From Chlorokybus atmophyticus (Eukaryota > Plantae > Mesostigma and Chlorokybus algae): a stretch of 64,000 nt of DNA. The stretch is from contig RHPI01001116.1 in assembly GCA_009103225.1 (NCBI GenBank), positions 577,267-641,266 of the forward strand, in the 5' to 3' direction. The notes beneath the pieces were generated by a model. The model did no database searches and had not been told where the DNA came from. It saw only the letters and a program-made list of their open reading frames with translations. Below, piece by piece: positions 30,651 to 44,394 of this stretch. Both the position numbers and the translations under genes were made by a program. How positions within the stretch are numbered: position 1 is the first letter of the stretch; every line of letters starts with the position of its first letter.

Positions 30651-31074
30651 AGGTGTGATTCACGCGCAGGATACAACATCCCTTACATTGCAGAAATTGA
30701 CCACTATGTGGTGCTGACAGTCAGCATGGACCACTCAGTGAAGTGTTCAAGGCTAGCAGTCATGCAAGCATGAATGTACCTGCAGCTGCATTAAGGCAGC
30801 GCTCAAACCGCATTCTGCACACCAATACTGCAAATTACATTACCCTTTTACCTACTGCACACGCACCCTACAAGTCTCAATGGATCGCATGTATGGCGGA
30901 TCCTAGGGCTGGGGGAAAGGGGACCACATCAGCAAGGGTACCATAATATAGTAGACTTGGTATATCATCAAGCCACTAAAGCAATCGCGAACAATTGAGG
31001 TCTCAGCAACACGTAATCGTTGCCAGCAACAGGGGACGGAGTGAATGCACTCAACACATGACCGCTTCATCGGT

Positions 31075-32773
31075 TCAGTCTTCAACCACGGGGAGGTCCC
31101 ATATCCAGTCTTCATCGAACGGGGACACGGCTCCGAGCACGGGCTTGACATCCACAGAATCAATTATGGGAGAGTCTTTAGGTTGAAATGCATTGCCGAG
31201 GGCAGATTGCAGCAGCTCACATCCTGCCATCGTCTTGCCAAAGGATGTAGCTAGCAACGGGGACGGCTCAGTCAATGACCCAACCTGCCAAATGGAGCAC
31301 CATGTTAGCTTTCAAGATGAGATTGTCTGCAGCAAGGGAAAGTTTGCCGTATACACGCCAGCATGCACACAGACAGCTGCACTCACCGTTTTGGACGACT
31401 CTTCCTCGGCCTTCCGCACAAGGATCTGCTGGATGACAGGGTTGGCCATGGCTTTGGTGGGCGTGTTGACGGAAGGAAAGTTGGTGAACGCACTGCCGCC
31501 GCGCAGAGCGCGAGCCGCTGCATCGTAAGCAAGGCCAGCATCCTCTGCACTGTCAAAGGTGCCCTGGACAAACAAGCTATGTAAGCACATCGCGCACACC
31601 ATCAACTGCAACCCTTTCCTGATTGACCATTCCGTAATAGTTCTCAGCATGCGCTTACCAGCCACATCCTCACACCACGCACGGGGTCCCTGATCTCTGC
31701 TGCCCACTTTCCCCACGGCCGCTGCCGCACACCTCGAAGGCCACACACACCAGGCTTGCCGGGGCATCCTTTGCGTCTCGTTTTCAACTCTGCTGGCGGT
31801 CTCTCAGGTGCCTTTTCTGCTGCTGCTGTTGCTGTCGCTGCTGGCTTCTGGGACTGTACAGCCAACTTAGATGCGGAACGGGCAGATACGGGCGGGATGG
31901 GCGTCTTGGGCACGGACAGGATCAACGGGGTTGTTTTGGGTTGCTTGTGCTGCGGGGGTGTTGAGGACAGGCGAGTGCGTCTGCCTGTCAATGATGATGG
32001 CTGGGAAGGGGTCCATTGCTGCTGCTGCTGTGATGAGCACGAAGGTGATGAGGGTAAGGGTGACTGAACAAGTGTTGGAAGCTGCTGAGCCGCTGGTATG
32101 TGCAGCTCATGCGGGCTGCTCAGCGACAGCTTCAATGTTGGCAACGCTGGCAGGGAATGCTGCAACGAGAGTGATGATTGCAGAGGAGAGAGCATATCAC
32201 ACCTCACAGTCTGCACACAGCACGCCTTTGAATCAATATGACACAGTGGTTGAGACAAGAAAAACATAACCCGTGTGCATCAAACAAGCCATTCACCTGT
32301 GAGTTGAGAGTGGTCCAATGCACCTGACCAGCATCTGCTATCACACCCAGAGGCACGGCATCCTCTACATCAGACTGAGTGCTCGGCGATTGAGGCGATT
32401 GAGGGGACTGAGGATAGTGTTTGGTCAAGTCGTTCAGCTGCACAAACAACCCCTCATCTTGAAACGCAGTTAAGGGCGAGTTTTGCCACTGGAAGAGCCG
32501 TTCAATTGACCCAATACTCAAGCGCTCGCCCTGGCTGAAGCCAGTAGCATGCAGCAAACTATTGTGTTGCTCTGGTAAACACCACTTGGTTCCAACCCCG
32601 ATGCTCCCCACGGACGACTTGAAGCGCTTTATGGGGTCTTCGAACTGCTCCCACAGCGGCCCACTACCAAAGTCCTCTGCTGCTCGCTTGTAACCCTGGT
32701 GGTGTGCAGGAACTGGCACTGCAACCGGCGCTGATGGTGTCAACCAAGCTTCTCCGAGGGGCGCACCGGGCAT
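31075..32773 (-). CDS. AP2/ERF transcription factor (single AP2 domain)
   Basis: [27 protein letters not shown]|[30 protein letters not shown], with an acidic C-terminus ...[14 protein letters not shown]. Confidence 0.93.
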
Positions 32774-35046
32774 TGTCTCTCAAGCTGCTGGCTGCGCCAG
32801 CTGGGTTGAGGTGCAAGGTGAGGGCATGCGCAGTCGTTTAAGGTGGGTGTGTACACTGAGATTTATATTAAGAGTAAGGTCTGCAACCACACACAGAGCA
32901 AGGTCAGTGCGGCATATACAGCAGAGCAACAACATGTTTCTGCATGATTACTGTTGGCCAGTGCATGAGCAGCCACCGGTGCATGTGCAACTGCCCAGTC
33001 CAGTAAGCAGCAACCTAAGCTAACCCAAGCTTAAACACAATGACTTTGGCCAAGGAAAGCGCTGGCTGCATGTGTTATGCAGCTTGGCCGGAGCAGGATA
33101 TGCCCAGACTAGCCAAACCAAGCAACGGTTGCAAAAGGTGACAGGTTTTCTGCTTCTAACTCACGCTTGCAGTTAAGTGCTTGACAAGCAGCTCCGTGCC
33201 AGGCTTGCCTGAAATGCAGCGACGAGCGAACTGCAAGGCTGAGCCCGTGCCAGCTGCATACTTAAACGCTGCGCAACCGCTAACAACTTACTTAACGGAG
33301 GCGAGCAGTGTATACAGTCAGACGTGAAGCAAACCGCCACAGTCCGCACCAAAGCAAGCAATAGCTTGTTTGAGCTGGCCTGGGCCGGACTAGCCAAGCC
33401 GAGCTCAAGTCCAGCCGGCGACAAAGTTCACACGCTACACCATGCTCGCTTAACAGTGCACAATGCGCTGCTCACGCTTACCAGAATAGTAAAGACGCCG
33501 TCAGCTTGTTCAGTGCTCTCACCGCCGACACCCTTTTCAATAAGGCCGCCACCACCGTCCCGACTACTGCCACCGCCGCCGCCGCCGCCGCCGCAGCAAC
33601 TCAATCGCCAAAGAGGCCTTAACTCGTTCGCCAGTGGCACTTTTGACACACGCTCTCGCCAAGGTGGAGTGGAAAAACCTCTGAAGTTTTCATGGAAAAC
33701 CTACATGGCAGGCAGCGGAAAACCCGTCGATTCATTGTCGAAGGTTGGGGTTTGTAACTTCTCGCTTTCGGGACTGAACCTGGTAGGGCTTCGATGTTTA
33801 TCGGACAATCCCCAACAGCGTTGGCGCGGGATAGAGGGTGGCCGAGAGATTTTGGTACGGTTAGAGATGGGTGTTCCTCAACATAAATGGGGTTTCCTCT
33901 GCAATGAAGGCTTGATGAAAATTATGGGGCAGCAGTTTTCCCCCCTACATCCAGCGAGCACATGGGTCTGCTGTGCCTCGTTTTTCGGGAATATCCGCAA
34001 AACGCTTTGTCGTTTTCCTCCGGCACCGGCAATTGTAACCAGTTAACCGGACAAAACCTGCCCCAAACCGCTGCATGCATACGCAACCGCTGTCGGTGAC
34101 CGACAACCGGTCACTCCGCGCGGCAGATTGCCCAGATTGCCGCGCCGGCCGCCGAGGGATGCACAATCAACCCTCGCAGGCCCGCTCAACCCTCACAAGT
34201 CCGAACAAACCCGTGGACCGGTTCGTCATAACTACTGTTGCCGGCGGTCTAGAGCAGCAGAGGACGCGCCCCAGGCTAGAGGACGCGGCCGGTCACTTGC
34301 CGCGCACTAGACCAGAGATAAATAGTCCTCGCTTCCGCCACGTAAGTTTGCTTTGGACCTTACGCCATAACTACCGTACCCAAGCTAACAGGCGGCTTAC
34401 TTACACGCACTTGCTAGCATTTATCAGCATTACGATATGATTTGGGCTTATAGAGCCCGTGTCATAACCTTTGAAGGTATTACCTTGCTTGATAAGCAAG
34501 GTATTACCTTCAATGGTTGGTTGATTGGTGACAGGCGGCTTTCATGCTTTGAGGGCATCCTCATCCTGTCGTATTGATCAGGACGACTGGGAAGTCCCTT
34601 GAAGGGACAGCATGTGCAGTAGAAGGGTGTGCCGTAGTGCCGTGTCGGGTAGCGGCGTACAGTCATCATCAGTGGCTGACACCTGGAGACTCTTTCTGGG
34701 CAGGAGAAGTAGGTTACTTCCAGTAGGGTACCGATATCTGCGTGCCGAAGCTGGCTGTGGCTTTGTCCCAGTTTACAGCGCTGGTTGAAGTGTCGACATC
34801 GACTTCGTCAACGCCGCCGATTGAAACGGTACAGCCGCATCATCTGACACTTCAATTAAACCCTTGCTTGCTGCTGATGCAGTGCTGAACATGTGTTGTC
34901 CATGCTTTGCACGTCAGCGTGCAGGCTGCAACAGTCTACCGGTACTCACTTCTGGACTTCATGGACTTTCCTACCGTGATAAGGGAAGTGGTGCATGTTC
35001 GCATGCAGGCAGCACGATCACACTGTGAACTTCACACATAGGTCTT

Positions 35047-35335
35047 CTATTGCCAGAGTAAAAACACCAATGGATGCTGATACTCTGATATTGCACATGG
35101 GCTTGTAATACAAGCTTGTGTCAAGCCCACCTCTCTCAACCACCTTATGTAAGTGATCAGTAATGTAGCATAATACATTAGGTTTAAGAGCTTGTCGAGC
35201 AAGTCGTTATTATCGGAATGGTGTGCAACGAGTCTATTGAAGCGTAATGTTAAGCAGATCGTTATTATTAAAATGGTGTGTAACGAGTCCATTAAAGCGT
35301 AATGTACAAGCTTTGAGCACATAGATGTTCCTTAC
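35047..35335 (-). mobile_element. Penelope-like RT thumb remnant with internal ~57-bp tandem duplication
   Basis: TLRFNRLVAHHSDNNDLLDKLLNLMY resembles the PLE thumb consensus (RFxRxCSH..DF..RN..L..KLL..GY). The duplicated unit is visible at ~35200-35310. Confidence 0.5.
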
Positions 35336-38300
35336 TTAGAACTTGTGTTGGATTAAGAGGGAGGGGGGGAGGGGAGCAAAGGGAACAGCGGACATATGGA
35401 CCACAGTCAATTATCAAATTTCATAATACGCAATCATAATAAGTAATGGCATATAACAATTGCTAAGATTGTTGTGCAGATATAAACTTTATTATGAGCA
35501 TGCAACTAAGCTCGTTTTTAAGATGTAAAGAGTCAACTTACATTTGCTTATATTAAAATGACGTTGCAACGTTAGAACGTAAATGAGAGACAGAGTTGCA
35601 CATGTAAATTGCTATATATCGTTGTTTAAAAATATTTATTATAAGGTATTGTGATATATTAATAAACGTGTCTTACTTTAAAGTGATATTGTAATAGCTG
35701 CAATTGTAAGTTATCGTTGATTCTACTATCATGCTATGCAATTCTTGCGCCCAATCATTTGTAGATTATTGTTCTTATTGAAGACACAACTTGCAATGAA
35801 CTTAACTATCAATTTACAATAAAACGCATACACAACATCAATTATTGAATTGGGTTAGTAATACTAGTATATTACATTATGTGCCGTAACAAGGCATGCA
35901 TGCATAATTACGTGTTCACTTTATAAGTGAAAAGAAACTTAAAAGCATTGTTATTGTAGGGCTTTTCAAAATAAGTTATTTAAGATTATAGCAATTTTTT
36001 GACACGATTACAACCTGATGATCATAACTTATAACCCCTGTATAAAGCAGCGCCAGATTTGCAATAAATTTAGTTATAAACAATAATCGCGCGGGCACAT
36101 TAGTTATTAAAAAGCAATCATGCAAGATTACATGAATTCGAATTACACTTGAAAAATTGCAGCAAATGTATTGCGCATGCGCATTATTGCATGATTGCAC
36201 GATGATGCATACTTTAAAAGCTTAAAAGAACGGCATCCATTGATCTTTTGAAGCATTTAAATATTCAATAAGTTAACTAATGTTATGTTTAACTATATGT
36301 TCTTATCGACCATTACATAACATAAACTTAATGTTATGGGTAAATTAGTAACATGCAGAGATAAGTCCATTTCTATTGCTGTATACTGTTTACTATGGTA
36401 TCACATGTTAATAAACACTTCACATATTAGCAAGCAGCATGTCAATAATAATTGCTACGATAACCATCGCCCATCATTATTATAGCATACAACAAGAAAT
36501 CAACAATGTTGTAATCGCAAGAATTCTATTATGATGGCGTAAGTTATGTTCAATTGTTCGATTCGCATCAATATATTAAGAATGCAATTGAAGAAAGATT
36601 AAGGGTGAGATAACACTGCTAAAAAGCAATGTACATGCCATGATTGTGTATGAATGGCAATCCATTAAGTAGATGCCACATGTTCATGCCAAATACTAGC
36701 TTACCGTTCGATCATACTTATATGAAACAAGCCACATGATATGTGACATTCAGACTTAGTGCATGCTTGCATGTGCGTGCTACATCAATGTAGTAAGTAT
36801 TGTACACAACATATGGATTGGGGTCAATTAGTTAAGCAAGCAAGCACAACACACCAAAGGTTGATAATACAGCACAAGCAAGGCAAAAACAATGGGGTGG
36901 GGGGCCCCACTAGGCTATAGCTAAGTGCACTATCTACACATTGGGGGAGGAGTGTGGGCAGAGGGGAGGGGGAAGGGGTAGCAGCAAGCAGCAAAGGAAG
37001 CACCTGCAGAGCACCGCGGGGGAGAAAAAGGGAGAAGTTAGCCATCAAATGCCGCCACCCACGACGACGACAAGTGTGCGACCATCAATGCCCCTATGGG
37101 TTTGAGCGGATGCCCACTCTTATCCCCTGCGCGTCACTCACTCACAACAGGCGGTAATGAGGGTTAGTAATTAAATCGCGCCTTGCGACTTCAGCAAGGA
37201 CGCGCACATCAGGGCATTTCCGTAGTGTACATGGAATTGCATTCAATAGTGCATCGACTAGGCTTGTTGAAATGTTGGCTCGCATCCGCCTATGCCGGCA
37301 TCCACGTCACATACAGTAGTTAGCAGTGTGCAAGCACATCTCCTGCTAGCGCAGCTCAGCCAGCACAATTGTTAGCAGTTGTTCACGGCACCATGCAGAA
37401 GCTGACACCGCATGCATGATTTCTCACGGCTTTTACGGAGAATTGACAAGTTGGCACTGTAGTGGGTTTGCGTGAATCGCCGAAACAATGCTCTGTTCGT
37501 TGAGAAGTGGAAGCAGAGGCTTGTATCTGCTGCGACCCCAGCACTTGGTCGTCCTGGTTATTGTCCATCCAATCCATCTCGTGCACTAGCGCTCACCAAG
37601 TGTACTAATCCTGGAATCCCCGCCCTTGCCAATTAATTAACACCAACCAAGCACACGACCTAGGCACAGCAAGGTAGCGCAAGCAAGCAGACAAACCATG
37701 CAAAAGCGTGATGTTGCCCGTGTAAGGCTTGCCGCAAGAGAAGTATATGACCATATACTTAACACGAGCCATGGCCATGGCAAGATGTTCTTAAAGCATC
37801 TATTTAAGATGCTATGTAGCAATTGCTATGCATATATCTTCAGCTAGCAACGACGATCGACTTTGTATAACACTTCTTATAAATAGTTGTTGCCCGCAAG
37901 CGAACCATGATGTGAAAATTTATTATCATATTAGCATTATCTTTGAATGATTGTTTACATTAAGGTTTACTCGCAGTGATCATGGATGTCGGGCTATTTG
38001 GTGGTAACAAATAAGAATTACGTAACACAATACGACATTGTTTGCATGTACGATAAGTTTTCATTGATTGCCATATTAAGACCAAATTGACTTTGATGAC
38101 TACTCAAGCCATAGTATTGCCTTAACAAGGCAATCACTAATGTTGCCGCATTGGCAGAGAATCAGTTTCAACCCTGGCTCAAGCCAAGCGTTGATCGCAT
38201 GCATTGAATAATCATTTATCATGATATAAGCACCATTTGCGCAGATCCAAACATTACGCACAATGACCTATCAACTTTATTGTTACAGCGTACGTGTGCG

Positions 38301-38514
38301 TGCACTTGTGCTCGCTAGCGTTTGTGCGCTCTCAGCGACAAGAAGCTCTTCTTGCACTACCGCAAGAGATTGACTCAACGTCACCAACTCCCCCTCTTTG
38401 TGCACAACCTGTTGATGGAGTTCATTGGCCTCCTGCTGCACCTGCATTTGTTGCCTAGAGGGAGAACAGTGTCAATTGATATGTGTAAGCTATTGACCAA
38501 CATACATTGTAAAC

Positions 38515-40738
38515 TTACTGCGGGTCGGCAAGCGCGCCATATCGCAGCTGCATTGCGGTGCGATGATGCCGTGCGCGAATATCACGCAATGATGCCGTGC
38601 ACGCTTGCTCCTCTGCAAAGTATGTGACACGCAATGAGATGACAAGCGCTCATCAATGTATGCATGAGACAAGTCTCACACCTTTTTTCAACCGAAACAC
38701 CTCTCGGCGTGCATCATAGAGGCGTTGCTGCCGCGCCTCTACCAGCGCTCGTGCTTCTTGTTCAGCTCTTTCCTGAAAAAGTAGCCATCAAGGAGCATTG
38801 TGAGCTAGCCTCAATGCCAAGAGAGACAAAGTGCTGAGCAACACGCTACAGGCACGATGTTGGCATGGCAGATGACAATGCTGATTATGAGCATGATGGT
38901 GCTAATGATGATGGTGTTGATGATGATGAGGATGATGACATTCAGGATTGCTGTACCGATCACGACGTCAATGTGCCTATGTTGCTATTGTTGGCTTACC
39001 ATCGCCAATGCCCGCTCCCGTATGCGCCGGTCAATCTCCTCCTGCTTTTTCGCCACGGCTTGACGCCGTGCTTCAGTGCTTGCGGCTGCTGCCGGCTGCG
39101 GCTGCGGCTGCGGCCTTTCTGCTTGCGGCCTCTGAACAGTTGTCTATTTGTCTATATCCACTCTCTCAGCAAGTGTGCTCTGCGTGTTTGCAGTCCCATG
39201 CGTGCGTGTGTGTAGAGTGTGCAACTTCACCAATCGCAGGAGCTACACCCGTAAACATCTTTGTGGAATGTTGTTAAAGTCGCACGAGGTTGTGTCGCTC
39301 TCAACATGTACACAACGAGTCAGTCAGTTCCAACCTGTTCTGTCAACCTTGGAACAGCGGCGGTGTCAGCCTCCGAAGTCCGTGTGCCAACCCGCTGCCC
39401 TTCCTTCTCCCCGTAATCGTGTATCCATCCGCCTTTAGCGAGGGCCCGCTCGCTCTCCATCGCCTCCGCCAGCTGCCGCCGCCGCAGCGCCGCTGCTGCC
39501 TCCGCAGCCAATGTGGCCGCCTCTGCCTGCTGCCTATCTCGCGCTGCTTGCATCTGGTAAGATGATGTGTTGTTTAGTTCAACACACTCGTTGCATGCAG
39601 CGGCAGCGGCAACAGCAACACAACATCAACAACAACATGCATACAGTCACACGCATGCGGTGTGCAAGCATACACACACGCGCACACACTCCCCACCTCA
39701 ATGAGGTCTTCCACTGCCTCCCCCTCCTCTCCTCTCCTCCCTACCCGTCGCATCAATCCGCGCGCAACGGTCGCAACCCGCGGCAGGACGCCCTCCAGAC
39801 ACAGCGCCGCGGCCGCGAGGGCGAGGAGGGAGACGGCCAGGAGGTAGAAGAGGCGACCGGTGGTGAGGGCGTGGTGGAGGAGGGAGAGAAGGCGAGCGGT
39901 GCCTGTGAGAGAGGGTGTTGGAGTGGTGTGACAGGTGTGGAGGTGTGGAGGTGATTGTTGTGTTGTGTGTGGGAAGGAGATTGGTTGGAGGCATGCACAT
40001 GGTGATTGTGCTTGACGCACACTCGCGTGCGTGCGCGCATGCACTGTATGTGAGTGAGTCCATGTGCGTGCATGCACACGCTCTGTATGTGACAGGGCAC
40101 ATGCATGTGCGTGCACGTGCGTGTGCATTTGTGCTCGTGCATATGAGTGCACAAATGCAATGCGTGCAAAAACCCACTTTGCTGCATGCATCCACTGCTC
40201 ACCATGGACGATGTGTCGCCCTGCGCGTATTCCCGCATCCAGTCCGAACGGGCGCGTAGTCGAGGGGCTCGAACCAGCTGGAGGAGCGAGGTACAGCGCC
40301 GCGTACAGCGCATCGGCCGCCGCACCCCCCGCACCCACAGCGCCCATCAACAGGATTGGAGCACGCCGGCGCAATGCAAGTTGTAACAAAAATGCCACAA
40401 CCAGGCCTGCATGACACACATACACACATAAACATATGCACAAACACGCACACGCCCGCAGGCAGGCGCCCGCCCGCCCGCCCGCACACTTAAGCATGAG
40501 GTGTCAACTTGTTGCGATGAGCTTGATTTTGTTGCAACTACGCTCTCTCACCTAGTGTGACTGTCACGGCAAGGTAGGCGATGTCCTCCGCCCCGATGTT
40601 GGCCATGCGTTCGAGGTGGGTTGTTGATGATGATGATGATGTTGTGGCTGTTGTTGTTGTTGTGGCCGGGAAACCTGGGACAGAAGGAAAGCCGCCTGTT
40701 TCGGCTGCTTGCTCAAATTCCTCATGTTCACCGATCAT
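38515..40738 (-). CDS. Unknown membrane protein with C-terminal coiled coil
   Basis: Spliced exons give IAYLAVTVTL|GLVVAFLLQLAL, LFYLLAVSLLALAAAALCL, then AARDRQQAEAA..., KKQEEIDRRIRERALAM, RAEQEARALVEARQQRL...RYGALADPQ* (TAA 38515). It may start further upstream (~41450). Confidence 0.6.
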
Positions 40739-42472
40739 CTCTCCATCCAGCTGCTGTAGAAGATGCGGGTTGGATGATCAACCAGATGTGAACCGTCAAA
40801 TGAATAAAGCTTACTCTCTGTGATAGTACTAGTTGACAGCAGCAACACCATGCTGTCGCATACTTGGCAAGCTGCAGCTACTCATTAGCTCACTCACTCA
40901 CTCAATCATTCACTCACTGCCGTTGACATCACCAGAAAGCAGCAGCATTTCATGTCTATGCAAAATCGTATTGCTGCAAAGCATGGCGCATGCATGCCTA
41001 CAAGTAAGTTTGAAATACACTTTATGAAATTTGCAATGGCTGTAGGCGGCACAAGTGTGAGCCCTGTGCTAGATTGTAGAATTTTCTCGCTATTCGCTAT
41101 GAGTTTTGAATGTTAGACAACAGCTTCAGCGAGGTTGCTTGCGAACCAACATGTATACACAGCGCTCTCATGCTTTTTCAGTTGGGGTTGCGGCAAACCA
41201 GCAATGCACGTTGTCCGGCCGGCGGCAGCAACACACAAGCAAGCAAACAACCCAACACATGACCCGACGATTGGAGCAACAATGCACAACCCCTGATTGT
41301 GCACAGTATGATAAGCACTCTTGTGCTGCTGATGCTTTTATGAACACAAGTGCGTGCCTGTGTGGCCGCCAACACTGACAACGCCACCGCTGCCGCCGCC
41401 GCCCTTGACCGTGACGGGCTGCAGGCTTGACGGATTATTACAGGCCGACTGCATCATTCTCATCTCGGCTCTCCTGAGACCACTGGTCCCAGAACCGGGT
41501 TTTCTCTGTGTGGGTCCTGGTCGAGTTGAGGTTGAAAGCCCGCTACTTGACTGGAAAGTAATGGACCTGGAAGGAAAGGGAACTCAGATGGTAGACTCTG
41601 ATCTGGTCACTACTAGTCTATCACTAATAGACTAGTCTATTAGTGATGGACTCTCGAAAAATGAGAGTCCATTACTTTACATGCTAAACTTGAAGCGTTA
41701 ATGAGATTGATTTAAGTCTAGATGTATTTAATGTTCAAGCGCACATATGGTCAATACATATAACATTTGAATTTCGTCTGCACGACATAGACACACTCGC
41801 AATTAGGTTACCTCACGGGGCGTGTGCATTATATCATTCGCATGCTGTACTATTAACAACATTTAATTGACTAGCACACAAGTACCGTACTTCAGATGTT
41901 GAGTTATGCAGATGATTAAGATGTTAGATCGGTCGGCACTGATGTAGTTGATAATTTGCGCATTTACTATTATATTCGCGATGAAACGCGCATTTCAAGA
42001 CCCTCCCCACCCCCCCTCCCTCGTGCGCGTGCGCGAAATGGCAGCTCACTACTTGCCTTCAATGCATACACGTCAAATATGCATGTACCCGTGCACATGC
42101 ACATGCACATGCTGGTTTACCCTAAGCACCATACTCACTCAACACACAATGATGATGTGTGCACGGGGTGCATGCGACGCATTGAATACATGCGCGTTAT
42201 TATCTACTTGCTGCTCTCGGACTGTAGTGCATACTACCGTACAAAACGGAGGCGCAACAAAGTCAAACCTTCATCGCCTTTCATGTTTCGTAACCAAAGA
42301 GATGCTCCGCCGAAAGTCTGTACCCATGCGGCTTATTCTGATGGCAGGGACTCAAGACGAACATAGCTTTGAGATTGGAAAGCAGCACAATGTGGCGAGG
42401 AGTGTGGGCTTGGCGCCATGAAGGCACAAATCACAGACATTGAGCTTGGTCTTGCCATCCTTCAGGTACGTT

Positions 42473-44394
42473 TCAAACAACCTCTTGAATGCGGTATGCG
42501 GTGGTGCCTTGGTGGCGATGGGAGCTTCGCATCACCATCTCTGCCACCAATCCAAGGGAGAGAAACTGCAGCGGTTGCTCGTTAGTCACAGCTGGTCGAT
42601 CAAACATGTTGGAGCTATGAAACCAATCAAAGACAATTTCCCTCAAGTTGTAACATCTTGAGGTAACTAGCACTATTGCATTTACTCCACGTTTCTCACC
42701 TGTGCACCAGACAGTGTAAGGAGCAGAGTGACCACAACGAGGTTCCCACTGCTCGTAACAACATGACCTGTGCTTTGCTGAACTGCGCGTGTAGCTGCCA
42801 ACACAAGCGCGCAAACAGCAACCGCAGCTGATCCAGCCAAGCAAGCCAGCCCCGCCATGCCAAAGAAGTGTGCCGGCCTATCGGCATACTTGCGCAGGAA
42901 GAGTACCGTCAACAGGTCCAACAGCACGCGAGGTGTGCGTGTCAACGCCCCATACCTGAGGCATACATGCTAGTTACCAGCTGGCAGCTATTTGGCACTA
43001 ATGCTGACACTGGCTCACAGCAGCAACATAGATACTGTTGCTGGCCAAGTTCGCGGTGCTTGCCTTACTTGGAGCGACCAAACTCTCTGGCATGATGCGT
43101 GACAGGCATCTCTGTGATGGTTGCACCTTCAATCGCTGCCAGTGCCGGGATAAAGCGGTGCATCTCGCCGAGCATGTGCAAGGGCAATCGCATTGCTAAT
43201 GACGACCTGTAGGCCTTGAGACTGCACCCGTAGTCATGCAGCTTTACCTGCATGTGCATCCGTATTCAGCTTTGCTTACACATGTTGCCCATGCAACCTC
43301 ACAAGTAGATTGGACTTTGGTTCTGCTTACCCCTGTTAGCGTGCCGATCAGCCAATTGGCAACGCGCGATGGAAGAGTGCGGGTAAGCACGTCGTCCTTG
43401 CGATCTTTGCGCCAGCCGCACACCATGTCATACCCGCCATCACTGAGAGTGCCACCGAAACCCCATGGTTGCATTGCAGAGGTGCTTGTCTGATGGCCAT
43501 TTACAAGGCAGTTGAGCAGCGCTGGTATGTCTGCTGGGTCATTCTGCAAGTCGCCATCCATTGTGACCACAAGTGACCCGGCAGCCTGCGCCAAGCCTGC
43601 AAAGCTCTGGATGTCAAGTTGTTCAGTGCTGCGCACGCATGACAATACTTGTAGCACTACCACGCGCAAGTTGCAGGCATTGACAACAAAGTTGGAACTC
43701 GACCATGCAGGCCTGGTCATCCTTCACGTGAGATAGGCGTAACTTTGGTATACTCACCTGCAGACATTGCAGCTGTTTGGCCGTAGTTACGTACGAATAT
43801 AACTGCTTTCAGGTCCTCTCGCCTAGACGCCAGTTGCTTCAGCAACGTTGTTGTTCCTATGCGTTATGACAAAGCATTTGGTCACAACTTTGTATTCACG
43901 TCAAGACAATTGTGCTCAGCATGCACATCCGTCTTGCGAGAGAACAGAAACAGTCTGATGACAAGAAAGCTGGGAAGCCTTACCATCTCTGGACCCGTCG
44001 TCTACGCAAATGATCTCGTATGGTCGTTGCTGCATGCACATCGCTTGTGCTATCCGTTCGATCAGAGGCACCAGGCTCTCCTTCTCGTTGTAAACTGGCA
44101 CGACAATGCTCACCTGTGAATGAGTGCATGCAATCAAATATCGACAAAGCACCCGCTACAATCGACTGCCTTAATTGACATTCAACTCACCAACTGTTCT
44201 GTCCTCGCAGACTTGCTCTCTGCACGTTCGGAATTAACACTGAAGCTTGCACGGCAAGTAATTGACCTGCTTGCATGCCGTCCCGCTGAATGCCTAGACG
44301 GCCAGCTTCCATTTGCCCTACGCAACCGCAGTGGCGTGGCAATGCGTCGTCCGCACATTACATACTGAAGACCTGCAGCCCGTAGCACAACCAT
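42473..44394 (-). CDS. GT2 polyprenol-phosphate glycosyltransferase (ArnC/GtrB/DPM-like, cyanobacterial type) with putative plastid transit peptide
   Basis: VSIVVPVYNE...ICVDDGSRDG, RNYGQTAAM, TMDGDLQNDPADIP, GWRKDRKD, HDYGCSLKAYR, GEMHRFIPALAAIEGA, two TM segments, GLVAEMVMR...YRIQEVV*. R/S/A-rich N-terminus. Confidence 0.9.
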
